From a virus, in the IMG/VR virus record IMGVR_UViG_3300003320_000969, positions 1 to 33,822 of that record: a stretch of DNA of 33,822 nt; one strand, given 5' to 3'. Positions within the stretch are counted from its first letter, which is position 1. Every line of letters begins with the position of its first letter. The notes below the pieces were generated by a model, which was not told the origin of the DNA, made no database searches, and saw only the letters and a list, made by a program, of their open reading frames with translations. This document shows, piece by piece, positions 23,678 through 32,021 of the stretch. A program made the position numbers and the translations under genes.

Positions 23678-25195
23678 TCAAAATGATCGGTTTTGCTTTA
23701 TGTTTTGTAGCCTTATAAAATTTCCCATGATTGTTTTGGCGACTTCATTGTTATAAGATTTTTTACTTCGATTATAGTTGATCGCTAATTTATCTATAAT
23801 ACCACATCTGATCCCATCGTACATTGTATCTGCGATATCATCATGGCGATGTGAATTATTAGCGGTGATGGATTTACAATGATTAATGCACATGGTTGTA
23901 TGTTTGCCATATGTGGGTAAAGATACCAGCCCTTCGCTCACAATATGCTGTATTTCTAAAAATCGGTCAGTTTTACTTTGGATACTTCTTTCGATATCAA
24001 TGATAGTAATCCCTTGCATCTTTTTAAGGACGCTGGATAAAGTTACGCCAGTGCTTTTCTTTTCAATTGCAGCCAACACGGGAGGGCATCGATGACGCAT
24101 AGCCCTGGCATAGAAAGCTAGAAATTCACCTTCTAAATCTTTAGGCTCAATCCAAGTTTGTATACAATCTATCCAATGAATAGCATATTTTTCAATATCA
24201 ATGTCTCGATATTTTATTTTGTAAACGCCAAAATGGCTAAATACTGTGGGGTCATTATACGTTTTGGCTGTTTCGGCAGTATCGACGGTAATAAAAGAAG
24301 TCAGTATTTCTGGTTCTTCGTCATGTAATACAAACCATTCAGGTTTAAAGACACCGCCGCCTGCCGGAAGTGGATCTTGTTGGTGTTGTGCTGCAAAGAC
24401 ATAAGGATGTAGCCTTTTCATTTCTAGCAATTGTTCTCTTGAATGCATGTTGGGATTTAGTGCATTTTCATTTTCATCAAGAGAGGAGAGGGATAATATT
24501 TTCCATCCACCTTCTTTAATTAGGTTTGCCGCCAAGTCATCTTCATGTAATCGTTGTCCAATGAAAATAATCGGCGTTTTACTTGGTGAATTAAGTCGTG
24601 ATAATAAAGTATGGTAATACCATTCGTTAACAGCGGATCTGACAGTGTCAGAATGCACTTCGGTGGGTTTATGTATATCATCAATAATAATAGCACCACC
24701 AAAGCGGTCGCAATTTTGTATTCCCGCTCCACGTCCTGTTATTTCTCCTTCTGCGCCTGCAGCATAAACAGTGCCGCCTTTTGTTGTTTCAAAGTTATGC
24801 TGGGCCGAGGTGTCTTCCGATATTTCCACTTTAAACACATCTTTATATTCAGGCATATTAATAATTTGACGTATGGTTTTTGTTTGTTTTTTAGCCAAAC
24901 CCAATGAATAAGAGACATATAAAAAATTAGAGTCCGGGTATTGGGAAAGCGCCCAGGCAATAAAATGAATTAGTAATTCTGTTTTACCATATCTGGGTGC
25001 GATATTGATGATTAACCGATTGGTTTCTCCTTTAAAGACTTTCATCAATTCTCGGCAAATCGTAATATAATGTGATTCTCGCCCATCTGGATAGCTTAGC
25101 TTAAATTCTCGTCCTGTGCGTAGCTCATAAAATATTCGAGTAAATGTTAGCAAAGATCCCCATAAGTCTTCGGGAATTTTTTTTATACCCTGCAT
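23678..25195 (-). CDS. terL: Terminase large subunit
   Basis: ATPase motifs are INIAPRYGKTELLIHF (Walker A-like), GGAIIIDDIHKP (Walker B) and IFIGQRLHEDDL. The nuclease-domain motif is FITVDTAETAKTYNDPTVF. Confidence 0.85.
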   Translation of the reverse strand: MQGIKKIPEDLWGSLLTFTRIFYELRTGREFKLSYPDGRESHYITICRELMKVFKGETNRLIINIAPRYGKTELLIHFIAWALSQYPDSNFLYVSYSLGLAKKQTKTIRQIINMPEYKDVFKVEISEDTSAQHNFETTKGGTVYAAGAEGEITGRGAGIQNCDRFGGAIIIDDIHKPTEVHSDTVRSAVNEWYYHTLLSRLNSPSKTPIIFIGQRLHEDDLAANLIKEGGWKILSLSSLDENENALNPNMHSREQLLEMKRLHPYVFAAQHQQDPLPAGGGVFKPEWFVLHDEEPEILTSFITVDTAETAKTYNDPTVFSHFGVYKIKYRDIDIEKYAIHWIDCIQTWIEPKDLEGEFLAFYARAMRHRCPPVLAAIEKKSTGVTLSSVLKKMQGITIIDIERSIQSKTDRFLEIQHIVSEGLVSLPTYGKHTTMCINHCKSITANNSHRHDDIADTMYDGIRCGIIDKLAINYNRSKKSYNNEVAKTIMGNFIRLQNIKQNRSF

Positions 25196-25283
25196 TCAGT
25201 GTCCTTGTTATAGTTTATATTATTTCATATTAAAAAATATTAATTACTAATATTAAATATTATTAATTAATACAAATTAATAA

Positions 25284-25310
25284 CGATAATTTATTATCGA
25301 TTATCGATAA
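25284..25310. promoter_or_regulatory. Cluster of ATCGAT-core palindromes in the divergent terL/scaffold control region
   Basis: The inverted repeat is CGATAAT (25284-25290) / ATTATCG (25293-25299). TTATCGA is followed by the perfect 10-bp palindrome TTATCGATAA (25301-25310). A further GTCGATAA lies at 25323-25330. Confidence 0.45.
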
Positions 25311-25337
25311 TTTTTTAGCAAATGTCGATAAAAATTG

Positions 25338-25366
25338 TTGACAATTAAAAAATAATTGTTTATAAA
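25338..25366 (+). promoter_or_regulatory. Near-consensus sigma70-type promoter of the rightward morphogenesis operon
   Basis: TTGACA (25338-25343), exactly 17-nt spacer, TATAAA (25361-25366). Confidence 0.6.
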
Positions 25367-25372
25367 ATATCT

Positions 25373-25581
25373 AAGATCAGAACTTTAGTTACTGTGATGA
25401 AAGGTGGCGATACTGTTCTGGTCTTGATTAAAATTTTTAGCAGACTCCGCTAGAAGTTTTAAATGTAGACCTGTGACAGATAGCAGGGCATACGCAGTCA
25501 TGCGGACAAAATGACCAACACTCGTAGTTCGAGGCACTACCGTCTTGTTCGGGTAAAACAAGGCCAGAAGGAATTTGGCAA
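25373..25581 (+). other. Structured, G+C-enriched leader of about 200 nt between the promoter and the scaffold gene (candidate regulatory RNA element)
   Basis: Stems found by hand are 25375-25383/25415-25423 (9 bp, 1 G:U), 25428-25440/25450-25462 (13 bp, 2 G:U, 9-nt loop), CGCA/TGCG at 25493-25504, GTAGT/ACTAC at 25525-25540, and CTTGTT/AACAAG at 25544-25562, just before the RBS AAGGAA. Confidence 0.4.
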
Positions 25582-26277
25582 ATGGAAAATGTTGAAGGGA
25601 TGCAGCCGGATCAAGATATTTCTGCATCAATTTCTACGCAGCCACAAGTTGCGCAAGAAAAGATGATCCCCCAATCTGAAGTTGACCGTTTGGTTGGCGC
25701 TAAAAAGCATGAAGCTTATGAGCGTGGGCGACGTGAAGCATTAGAAAGACTTCAAGCTGAGCAAGCACCTAGAGCACCTATTCAAGAAACTCAGAACACA
25801 TTCGGTGGAATGCCGCAATTTTCTGAAGATAGAATACGTGATCTAATTGCGGAAGAAGCGCATAAGCGTGCTCAAGATGAAATGGGGAAGCGTATTGTCG
25901 ACGATTTTGTTGGCAAAATGCAATTAGGCCCGCAGAAATATAATGATTTCGAAAAAACCATTTCGGGAATGAATTTACCTTCGATTCCCCACATAGTGCA
26001 GCTGACGCAAGCCCAGGACAATACAGCAGATTTGATGTACCATCTTGGGAAAAACCCAAGTAAATTGGCTACATTTTTAACGCTTGCTTATGCTAACCCT
26101 GAGCTTGCGAATGCTGAAATGCGTGCGTTGTCTCAATCATTGAAACAAAATGAGTTTGGCGCGCGAGTCCCTAATATCAACGAACCACTAAGCCAATTAA
26201 GTCCTTCATCTACTTTAGGGATGGACAGTGGCTCGGAATTATCTAGCTTTAAAAAACAACCGTGGGCTCGGATATAG
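25582..26277 (+). CDS. Scaffolding protein, 231 aa
   Basis: It lies immediately upstream of the coat gene. It is highly charged and helical (EVDRLVGAKKHEAYERGRREALERLQAEQ), and its size is typical of scaffolds. Confidence 0.6.
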   Translation: MENVEGMQPDQDISASISTQPQVAQEKMIPQSEVDRLVGAKKHEAYERGRREALERLQAEQAPRAPIQETQNTFGGMPQFSEDRIRDLIAEEAHKRAQDEMGKRIVDDFVGKMQLGPQKYNDFEKTISGMNLPSIPHIVQLTQAQDNTADLMYHLGKNPSKLATFLTLAYANPELANAEMRALSQSLKQNEFGARVPNINEPLSQLSPSSTLGMDSGSELSSFKKQPWARI

Positions 26278-26367
26278 CCAGCGAGTGTGAGTTAGGTTTG
26301 TTATTTTTATTGAAAGCCATTGCTTCCATAAAAGGATTTTACCAAAAGGATTTTGGGAGCATTGACA

Positions 26368-27702
26368 ATGGCTTTACCTACCAATATTTTAACGCAGGTT
26401 CAAACGTATAACCGAGGCGGTCTTGCGCTACTTAATAACATCAATTGCTTTGTTGCAATTGCAAATAAAAAATTTAAAAACTTTAATGAAATTGAAGCTA
26501 ACTTAGGCTCAGTTGTGAACTTTGATGTGCCTCCAAAGTTTTCATCGGGATACGGGCTTGTTGCTTCATTCCAAGCCGGCGTTCAACGCTTGCAACCTTT
26601 GTCTTGTGACCAAGCTGCTAACGTAGCATTAGATTTTACCGCTCAAGAAAGAATCTTTAATGTCGATAAACCCATGGGGATCGGCAATTACATGGAAACT
26701 TTTGGTAAGGCTGCTATTGCTCAGTTGGGTGCTTTAATAGAGGGTAACATTGCATTAAATTGTAATTCTTCTGTGCCTATCACTACTGTTGTAAACGGGC
26801 AAACAGTTCCGACCGGTGCGTTGCATACTGAATCTGGCCCATGGCGTTTCTTTGGTAATGGCACGAGCCCAATCAATTCTTATACCCAATTAGCGCAAAT
26901 GATTTCAAATTTTAAAGATTTCGGCTCGGTAATTCATGGTATTAAAGTTATTATTCCAAATACCGTTGAGCCGCAAATCGTTGGAACAGGATTGAACCAA
27001 TTTGTTCCGCGTCGAAACGACGAGATTGCTAAATCTTGGGAAGTCGGTGAATTTGGTTATCCGCCAGTCCAATATTATATTTCCAACATGTTGCCTATTC
27101 AAGTAGCCGGAACCTGTGGTAACAGCAAACAGTTATTAACGGTTGTGAGCACAAATGACCCTAGCGGTAATGCGATTACTCAAATTACTTTTAGCGGTGC
27201 TACCATTAATGATGCTAATGCGGTCAAAGCTGGAGACGTTTTCCAATTCAATGACAACGTTTCTGGTCAGCCCAATTTGCGTTTATTAACCTACTACGGA
27301 CAAGTCCCAACTGCACAACCTGTTCAATTCCGTGCAACGGCTAATGCTGCTGCTGATGGTTCTGGTAATGTGGTTGTTAGCGTTCTACCGACATTGTCTG
27401 TCAATAATGTGCAAAACATTTTGATCAACAACAACATCGTAGCGGGTATGCAAGGATATTTTGCACCTACTCATCGTTGCGGGTTAGTTATTGGTGGGGA
27501 TTCTTTCTATTTAGCAATGCCAAAATTACCGAATCAAAGTCCGTTTACGACCGCTAGTGAAACCGACCCAGAAACTGGTGTTTCATTACGTTTGACGACT
27601 GGTGCATTGCTTGGACAAAACCAAAACGCAACTATTCATGATAGCGTTTGGGGTTCAACCATTGTCCCAGATTATTGCATGAGAATTTTGTTCCCTGTGT
27701 AA
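26368..27702 (+). CDS. Major capsid (coat) protein, P22 gp5-like, 444 aa
   Basis: The gene lies after the scaffold and its size is close to that of P22 coat. It is followed by a terminator hairpin, as is common for highly expressed coat genes. The ATG at 26368 has GGGAG 7 nt upstream and is preferred over the TTG at 26353. Confidence 0.7.
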   Translation: MALPTNILTQVQTYNRGGLALLNNINCFVAIANKKFKNFNEIEANLGSVVNFDVPPKFSSGYGLVASFQAGVQRLQPLSCDQAANVALDFTAQERIFNVDKPMGIGNYMETFGKAAIAQLGALIEGNIALNCNSSVPITTVVNGQTVPTGALHTESGPWRFFGNGTSPINSYTQLAQMISNFKDFGSVIHGIKVIIPNTVEPQIVGTGLNQFVPRRNDEIAKSWEVGEFGYPPVQYYISNMLPIQVAGTCGNSKQLLTVVSTNDPSGNAITQITFSGATINDANAVKAGDVFQFNDNVSGQPNLRLLTYYGQVPTAQPVQFRATANAAADGSGNVVVSVLPTLSVNNVQNILINNNIVAGMQGYFAPTHRCGLVIGGDSFYLAMPKLPNQSPFTTASETDPETGVSLRLTTGALLGQNQNATIHDSVWGSTIVPDYCMRILFPV

Positions 27703-27713
27703 CTTTAAGCTGA

Positions 27714-27743
27714 ATGGGCGTTGTCCATGGCGCCCATATTTTT
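27714..27743 (+). terminator. Rho-independent terminator/attenuator after the coat gene
   Basis: ATGGGCG (27714-27720) pairs with CGCCCAT (27731-27737) across a 10-nt loop, followed by ATTTTT. Confidence 0.7.
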
Positions 27744-27799
27744 AAAAGAATATTTACCAAACCGAACATTCGGTAGGGAACCATTAAAAAGGAATTTTT

Positions 27800-28609
27800 A
27801 TGAGTCAGTTAGATCCAATTGTTTTTAACCCTAATCTGTATGCTACCGGTTGTATTGTTAGAAATAATGCGACCACCCCAAATACTAAATTAACCATTAC
27901 TCCTGGCGTTGTAAGAGATATTAATAATGTTATTGATATGAATCTTGGAAATTTTCAAGGCCAAGGAAATCAGGCAATTACTGCTAATTCTAATACTGTC
28001 TTAGATGCAACGGTTAATGGTGCTAATGGATTAGATACAGGTACTTTGGCTGCAAGCACCCCTTATGCAGTTTGTGTTATTGGTGATTCAAGGAATTTAA
28101 TGCCAACTGCAACATTACTTGTAAAATCGCTTGCTAGTGGAGCAGTATTGCCCGCGGGGTATGATTCTTTTAGAATTGTTGGAGCGATGTATACCGACGC
28201 ATCTGCTCATTTTATTTTAGGGTATTGGAGCGGATTTGCTAGTTGGCGTATGTTTATGTATGACGCTCCACAGGCGACATCTGTAACGGCAGGTAACGCA
28301 ACTTCTTATACTGCTGTAGATATCACTTCTTTAGTTGCTCCAGGAGGCGGTGCAGACAATAAATTTAACGTTCTTATTATGACTGCATTAACGCCTTCTG
28401 CTGCTGGCCGTGGTGTTTTCTTGCGTGGAGATGGTGCTACAGGCGATCAGGTCGTCAATTTAGGCCAAGTTACTTCTGTTGTTCTCAATAGTTATAACTG
28501 GGTATCTGCAACATTAGTTGCTGGTGTTTCCACAAAAATTAATTACAAAGTTAGCAATGCTTCCGATGCTGTGGCAATCAATGTTGCTGGGTACATGGTG
28601 GGTATTTAA
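27800..28609 (+). CDS. Virion-associated protein, paralog A, 269 aa; function unknown (decoration, fibre or tail accessory candidate)
   Basis: It is a tandem paralog of 28641..29444. Shared blocks are NN.TTPNTK..I.PG..RD, NLGNF.G.G, NG.NGLD.GTL, YAV..IGDS, P.GYD, TDASAHF, GNAT.YT..D, KINYKV.N.SD.V.I and AG. AAAGGAA RBS upstream. Confidence 0.7.
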   Translation: MSQLDPIVFNPNLYATGCIVRNNATTPNTKLTITPGVVRDINNVIDMNLGNFQGQGNQAITANSNTVLDATVNGANGLDTGTLAASTPYAVCVIGDSRNLMPTATLLVKSLASGAVLPAGYDSFRIVGAMYTDASAHFILGYWSGFASWRMFMYDAPQATSVTAGNATSYTAVDITSLVAPGGGADNKFNVLIMTALTPSAAGRGVFLRGDGATGDQVVNLGQVTSVVLNSYNWVSATLVAGVSTKINYKVSNASDAVAINVAGYMVGI

Positions 28610-28640
28610 TTTTAATGTCTGCTTAGAGTAAGGAAATGAT

Positions 28641-29444
28641 ATGGCTGTTTTTAGCGAATTAGTTACACCGCCCGCACTTACTCTAAGCGGATTGTTCATT
28701 TCTAATAATCCCACGACGCCGAATACAAAAATAAATATTTGGCCTGGTATAGCAAGAGATTTTTATAATCGTGTTCTCATTAATTTAGGAAATTTTTTAG
28801 GAGAAGGTACGCCTACAGTATCTCCTAACTCTACAACTGTTATTGATGTGACAAAAAATGGGATCAATGGCTTAGATCAAGGTACTTTACAACCCAATAC
28901 TGTTTATGCAGTAAGCGCAATTGGAGATTCTACAGGTCGAAATCCGGCAGCTGCAATTTGTTGTAAAGAAGTGAATGACCCTGTAATGCCTTATGGTTAT
29001 GATTGCGTTGCGGCATTAGGGGTAATGATAACTGACGCAAGCGCGCATTTTTTGCCTTGTTATTATCTTGGCGTCTATGATCGTACATTTTTTTATGCCA
29101 CCCCTCAGCCAACTTCCGTTATTAATGGAAACGCGACTACTTATACTTCTATTGATTTATCATCTTTAATCTGGTTAGCCCTATCAGGCGCTAATATTTA
29201 TGTACGTATAGAGTACACACCTGCATCTGCGGGTAATTCGGTATATTTACAGCCGAATGGTTCATCATCCGACATGATTGTTATTCCCGGACCGGTCGCA
29301 GGACAAAAAATTGTTAATTATGTATGGATGCCATCTACGCAAGATGTTCCTGGCTTTGGTGTTCCTAAAATTAATTACAAAGTGACAAATGGTTCAGATT
29401 CAGTATCGATCTATATTGCTGGATTTAAGTCTATTACATTTTAG
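28641..29444 (+). CDS. Virion-associated protein, paralog B, 267 aa
   Basis: See 27800..28609. By eye about 35-40% of residues are identical along the full length. AAGGAA RBS upstream. Confidence 0.7.
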   Translation: MAVFSELVTPPALTLSGLFISNNPTTPNTKINIWPGIARDFYNRVLINLGNFLGEGTPTVSPNSTTVIDVTKNGINGLDQGTLQPNTVYAVSAIGDSTGRNPAAAICCKEVNDPVMPYGYDCVAALGVMITDASAHFLPCYYLGVYDRTFFYATPQPTSVINGNATTYTSIDLSSLIWLALSGANIYVRIEYTPASAGNSVYLQPNGSSSDMIVIPGPVAGQKIVNYVWMPSTQDVPGFGVPKINYKVTNGSDSVSIYIAGFKSITF

Positions 29445-29478
29445 TAAATTACTTATGTTTTAAAGCCAAGGATGGTTT

Positions 29479-30183
29479 ATGGCCTATACAACAACGCAGC
29501 TCATTACCAATTCATTTTATCTTTCCCAAATTGTTAGCCGCGATTTACAAACTGTAAGCGGCGCACAATTACAAGATGGGTTAGATATGCTCAATGCATT
29601 GTTGAATGTAAAATCTGCGCATTCACGATTAATTCCCTATTACCAAGAATATCAGTTTAATGCTGTGCCAAACCAGGAGACTTATTTCGTTCCTAATTTG
29701 GTAGTTGCAGAAACATTGACATTTAACATTGGCCCTGTTCGCTATTCGATGTCGCCAATGAGTCGTAAGCCTTATCAAGGCTCAGGACGTGTCGATAATA
29801 TCGCATCTCTTCCCTTTAACTGGCATTTTGAACGTGGGAAAGGCGGCGGCACTATCTGGCTATACTTCCTTCCTAATACAAATTACCCAATGACTTTATG
29901 GGGTAAATTTGGGTTTACCAATGTTACTTTGGGGCAAGATTTAACTACGGTTTTCGATTTATTTTATATTGATTATTTACGTTATCGATTAGCACAACGT
30001 ATTTGTTCCGAATATGGAATTAATATGAGCCCACAAGCTGAACAAGAATTACGGATATTAGAATCGGAAGTGACCGATGTATCGCCTGCTGATTTGAGTT
30101 TGAATAAGTGTTCATCTTTGGGCGCTACCAGCGGACTAAACTGGGGCGATATAAATATTGGTAGGGGCTATCGTCCAATGTAA
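29479..30183 (+). CDS. Putative head-to-tail adaptor / tail tubular protein A-like protein, 234 aa
   Basis: The call is positional: the gene lies directly upstream of the gp10-like tail-hub gene, with an AAGGA RBS. The overall pattern (N-terminal helical LDMLNALL, central Y..P, C-terminal Y.LA..I..EYG) resembles podovirus adaptor proteins as I recall them. Confidence 0.4.
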   Translation: MAYTTTQLITNSFYLSQIVSRDLQTVSGAQLQDGLDMLNALLNVKSAHSRLIPYYQEYQFNAVPNQETYFVPNLVVAETLTFNIGPVRYSMSPMSRKPYQGSGRVDNIASLPFNWHFERGKGGGTIWLYFLPNTNYPMTLWGKFGFTNVTLGQDLTTVFDLFYIDYLRYRLAQRICSEYGINMSPQAEQELRILESEVTDVSPADLSLNKCSSLGATSGLNWGDINIGRGYRPM

Positions 30184-30214
30184 TTTGGCTTAATTATTTC
30201 CAGAAAGGACTTGA

Positions 30215-31648
30215 GTGCTAATGAAAAAGCTTCAACCTCAAAATTTCATTGATATGCCCCTTAATATTGTTGGATCTTCTACTTTTGGGCGTTATCCCAA
30301 AATTTCCGTAGAAAGAACTTATAATATGATTATATCCGATGGATTTTTAGTGGATTATGCTGGATATAAAAAAGTAGCTACTATAGGGCCCACTGAGCAA
30401 GGAAGAGGCATTTATACCAGCATTCGTTATAATCATATGATTGTTGTAATTGGGAACAATGTGTATGCCGTTGCTTCCAATTTAAATGTTTCATTGATTG
30501 GAACGATCAATACTTTTACAGGGGATGTATTTATTGATGAAAACAATAATAACCAGATTGCGATCTGTGATAAACAAAAATTATATATTTACAATTATTC
30601 TGCGTCTACTTTTCAACAGGTCACTCTGGATTTTACTCCTGGTTATATTAGTTTTCAGGATGGCCGATTTATTGCAGCAGATGTAGGAAATGCTATCTGG
30701 CGCTTGTCGGATGTTGGAAATGGGACAAGTTGGCCTAACGATTCAGCACATGTTGGAACGCTACAAACAAAACCTGATCAAGTGGTCGCTGCGCAAAGAT
30801 TTCCAGGAAGAGGAAATTTGCTTTACGTGTTCGGTCAAACTGTTACGGAATCGTGGCAAGATGTCGGATATCAGCTTTTCCCTTATCAACGCTCTGCGAC
30901 TTTCAACTTAGATTACGGTTGTTTAAATCCAGCAACAATTGCTTATAACGAAAATATTATTGTTTGGTTGTCGGCAAACGAAAAGTCAGGTCCCGCAATT
31001 ATGTTTTCTACGGGTACGGATTTACAACGAATATCCACAGATGGTATCGATTTTGAATTTGCTCAGCTCACGACGCCTACAGATTCTTATGGATTTTTAT
31101 TTAGACAAGACGGTCATTTAATTTATCAAATTACATTTCCCACTGATAATGTCAGTTATATTTATGATTTTAATACCAAGCAGTTTTTTAATGTATGTGA
31201 TACGCATATGAATGCCCATATCGCTAAACGCATTGCTTTTTTCAATGACAATTATTATTTTGTTTCGCTTATAGACGGAAATCTGTACCAAATGAGTACT
31301 AATTATACCGATTTTGATGGCCAAGAAATGCCGCGTATTAGAGTATGTCGAAATATTAGATTGCCAGACACTTCACGATTTAATGTCAATAAAATAACAT
31401 TTACCATCGGACAGGGAACGCAGCCTACAGATACTACTATTCCACAAGCAGTAGATTTATCTATTTCTGTGAATGGTGGGCAAAGTTTTAGTAATATTTT
31501 TAGACAGCAATTAAATCCATATGGGCAGTACGCCAATCGTTTAATTTATTGGCGATTGGGAAATGCAAATGATTTTGTTGCGCAGTTTAGATTTTGGGGA
31601 TTAGGAAGATTTGTTGCTACGGATGGTGTGGCAACTATTTATCAATAG
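30215..31648 (+). CDS. Tail hub / packaged-DNA stabilisation protein, P22 gp10-like, 477 aa
   Basis: The size is close to the roughly 472 aa of P22 gp10. The N-terminus is NFIDMPLNIVGSSTFGRYPKISVERTYNMIISDG and the C-terminus is DLSISVNGGQSF...RLIYWRLGNANDFVAQFRFWG, which parallels gp10 (LSATTDGINYG...VLWKRVGRIRRLIGFKLRV) as recalled. The start is GTG 30215 or ATG 30221. Confidence 0.5.
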   Translation: MLMKKLQPQNFIDMPLNIVGSSTFGRYPKISVERTYNMIISDGFLVDYAGYKKVATIGPTEQGRGIYTSIRYNHMIVVIGNNVYAVASNLNVSLIGTINTFTGDVFIDENNNNQIAICDKQKLYIYNYSASTFQQVTLDFTPGYISFQDGRFIAADVGNAIWRLSDVGNGTSWPNDSAHVGTLQTKPDQVVAAQRFPGRGNLLYVFGQTVTESWQDVGYQLFPYQRSATFNLDYGCLNPATIAYNENIIVWLSANEKSGPAIMFSTGTDLQRISTDGIDFEFAQLTTPTDSYGFLFRQDGHLIYQITFPTDNVSYIYDFNTKQFFNVCDTHMNAHIAKRIAFFNDNYYFVSLIDGNLYQMSTNYTDFDGQEMPRIRVCRNIRLPDTSRFNVNKITFTIGQGTQPTDTTIPQAVDLSISVNGGQSFSNIFRQQLNPYGQYANRLIYWRLGNANDFVAQFRFWGLGRFVATDGVATIYQ

Positions 31649-31660
31649 CAAGGACAGCAA

Positions 31661-31948
31661 ATGATCATACCTAATTTTGAATATACAAAACTGGTTGATG
31701 AAAACGGATATTTAACGCCGCAATGGCAATCTATCTTTCAGCAATTAATTACTGCATTGCAAACCAATTTATCGGATGAAGGATTTTTGCCGCCGCAGCA
31801 GCCTACGACAAACATCGCAACATTACAAACGAGATTTAATGCATCTAGTGCGCCGAGTAATTATTTCGGTGACTTAATTTACGATAGTACAACTGATGAA
31901 TTAAAAGTGAATATTGCAGGAACATTTAAAGTTGTGCAAGTCGTATAA
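31661..31948 (+). CDS. Small virion-module protein, 95 aa
   Basis: ORF in the structural operon with an AAGGA-like RBS. Function unknown. Confidence 0.6.
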   Translation: MIIPNFEYTKLVDENGYLTPQWQSIFQQLITALQTNLSDEGFLPPQQPTTNIATLQTRFNASSAPSNYFGDLIYDSTTDELKVNIAGTFKVVQVV

Positions 31949-32021
31949 ATGATATACAAGTCATAGTATATAGCTGTAGAATTGTATATAATGGATAAAA
32001 CATGTTTAAAGGATTAAACAT

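Noticed and set aside
25521-25565. tRNA-like T-arm (GTAGT TCGAGGC ACTAC, containing TTCGAGG) followed by a 6-bp stem with a 7-nt loop
   Set aside because: I could not build a full cloverleaf. There is no acceptor stem, D-arm or properly spaced anticodon arm, and the T-stem register that gives a TTCGA loop does not pair. I treat it as part of the leader structure rather than a tRNA or tmRNA.
25385-25630. 81-aa - strand ORF in the terL/scaffold intergenic region
   Set aside because: It has no RBS and overlaps the scaffold start codon and its RBS. The region is better explained as a structured leader downstream of a near-consensus + strand promoter.
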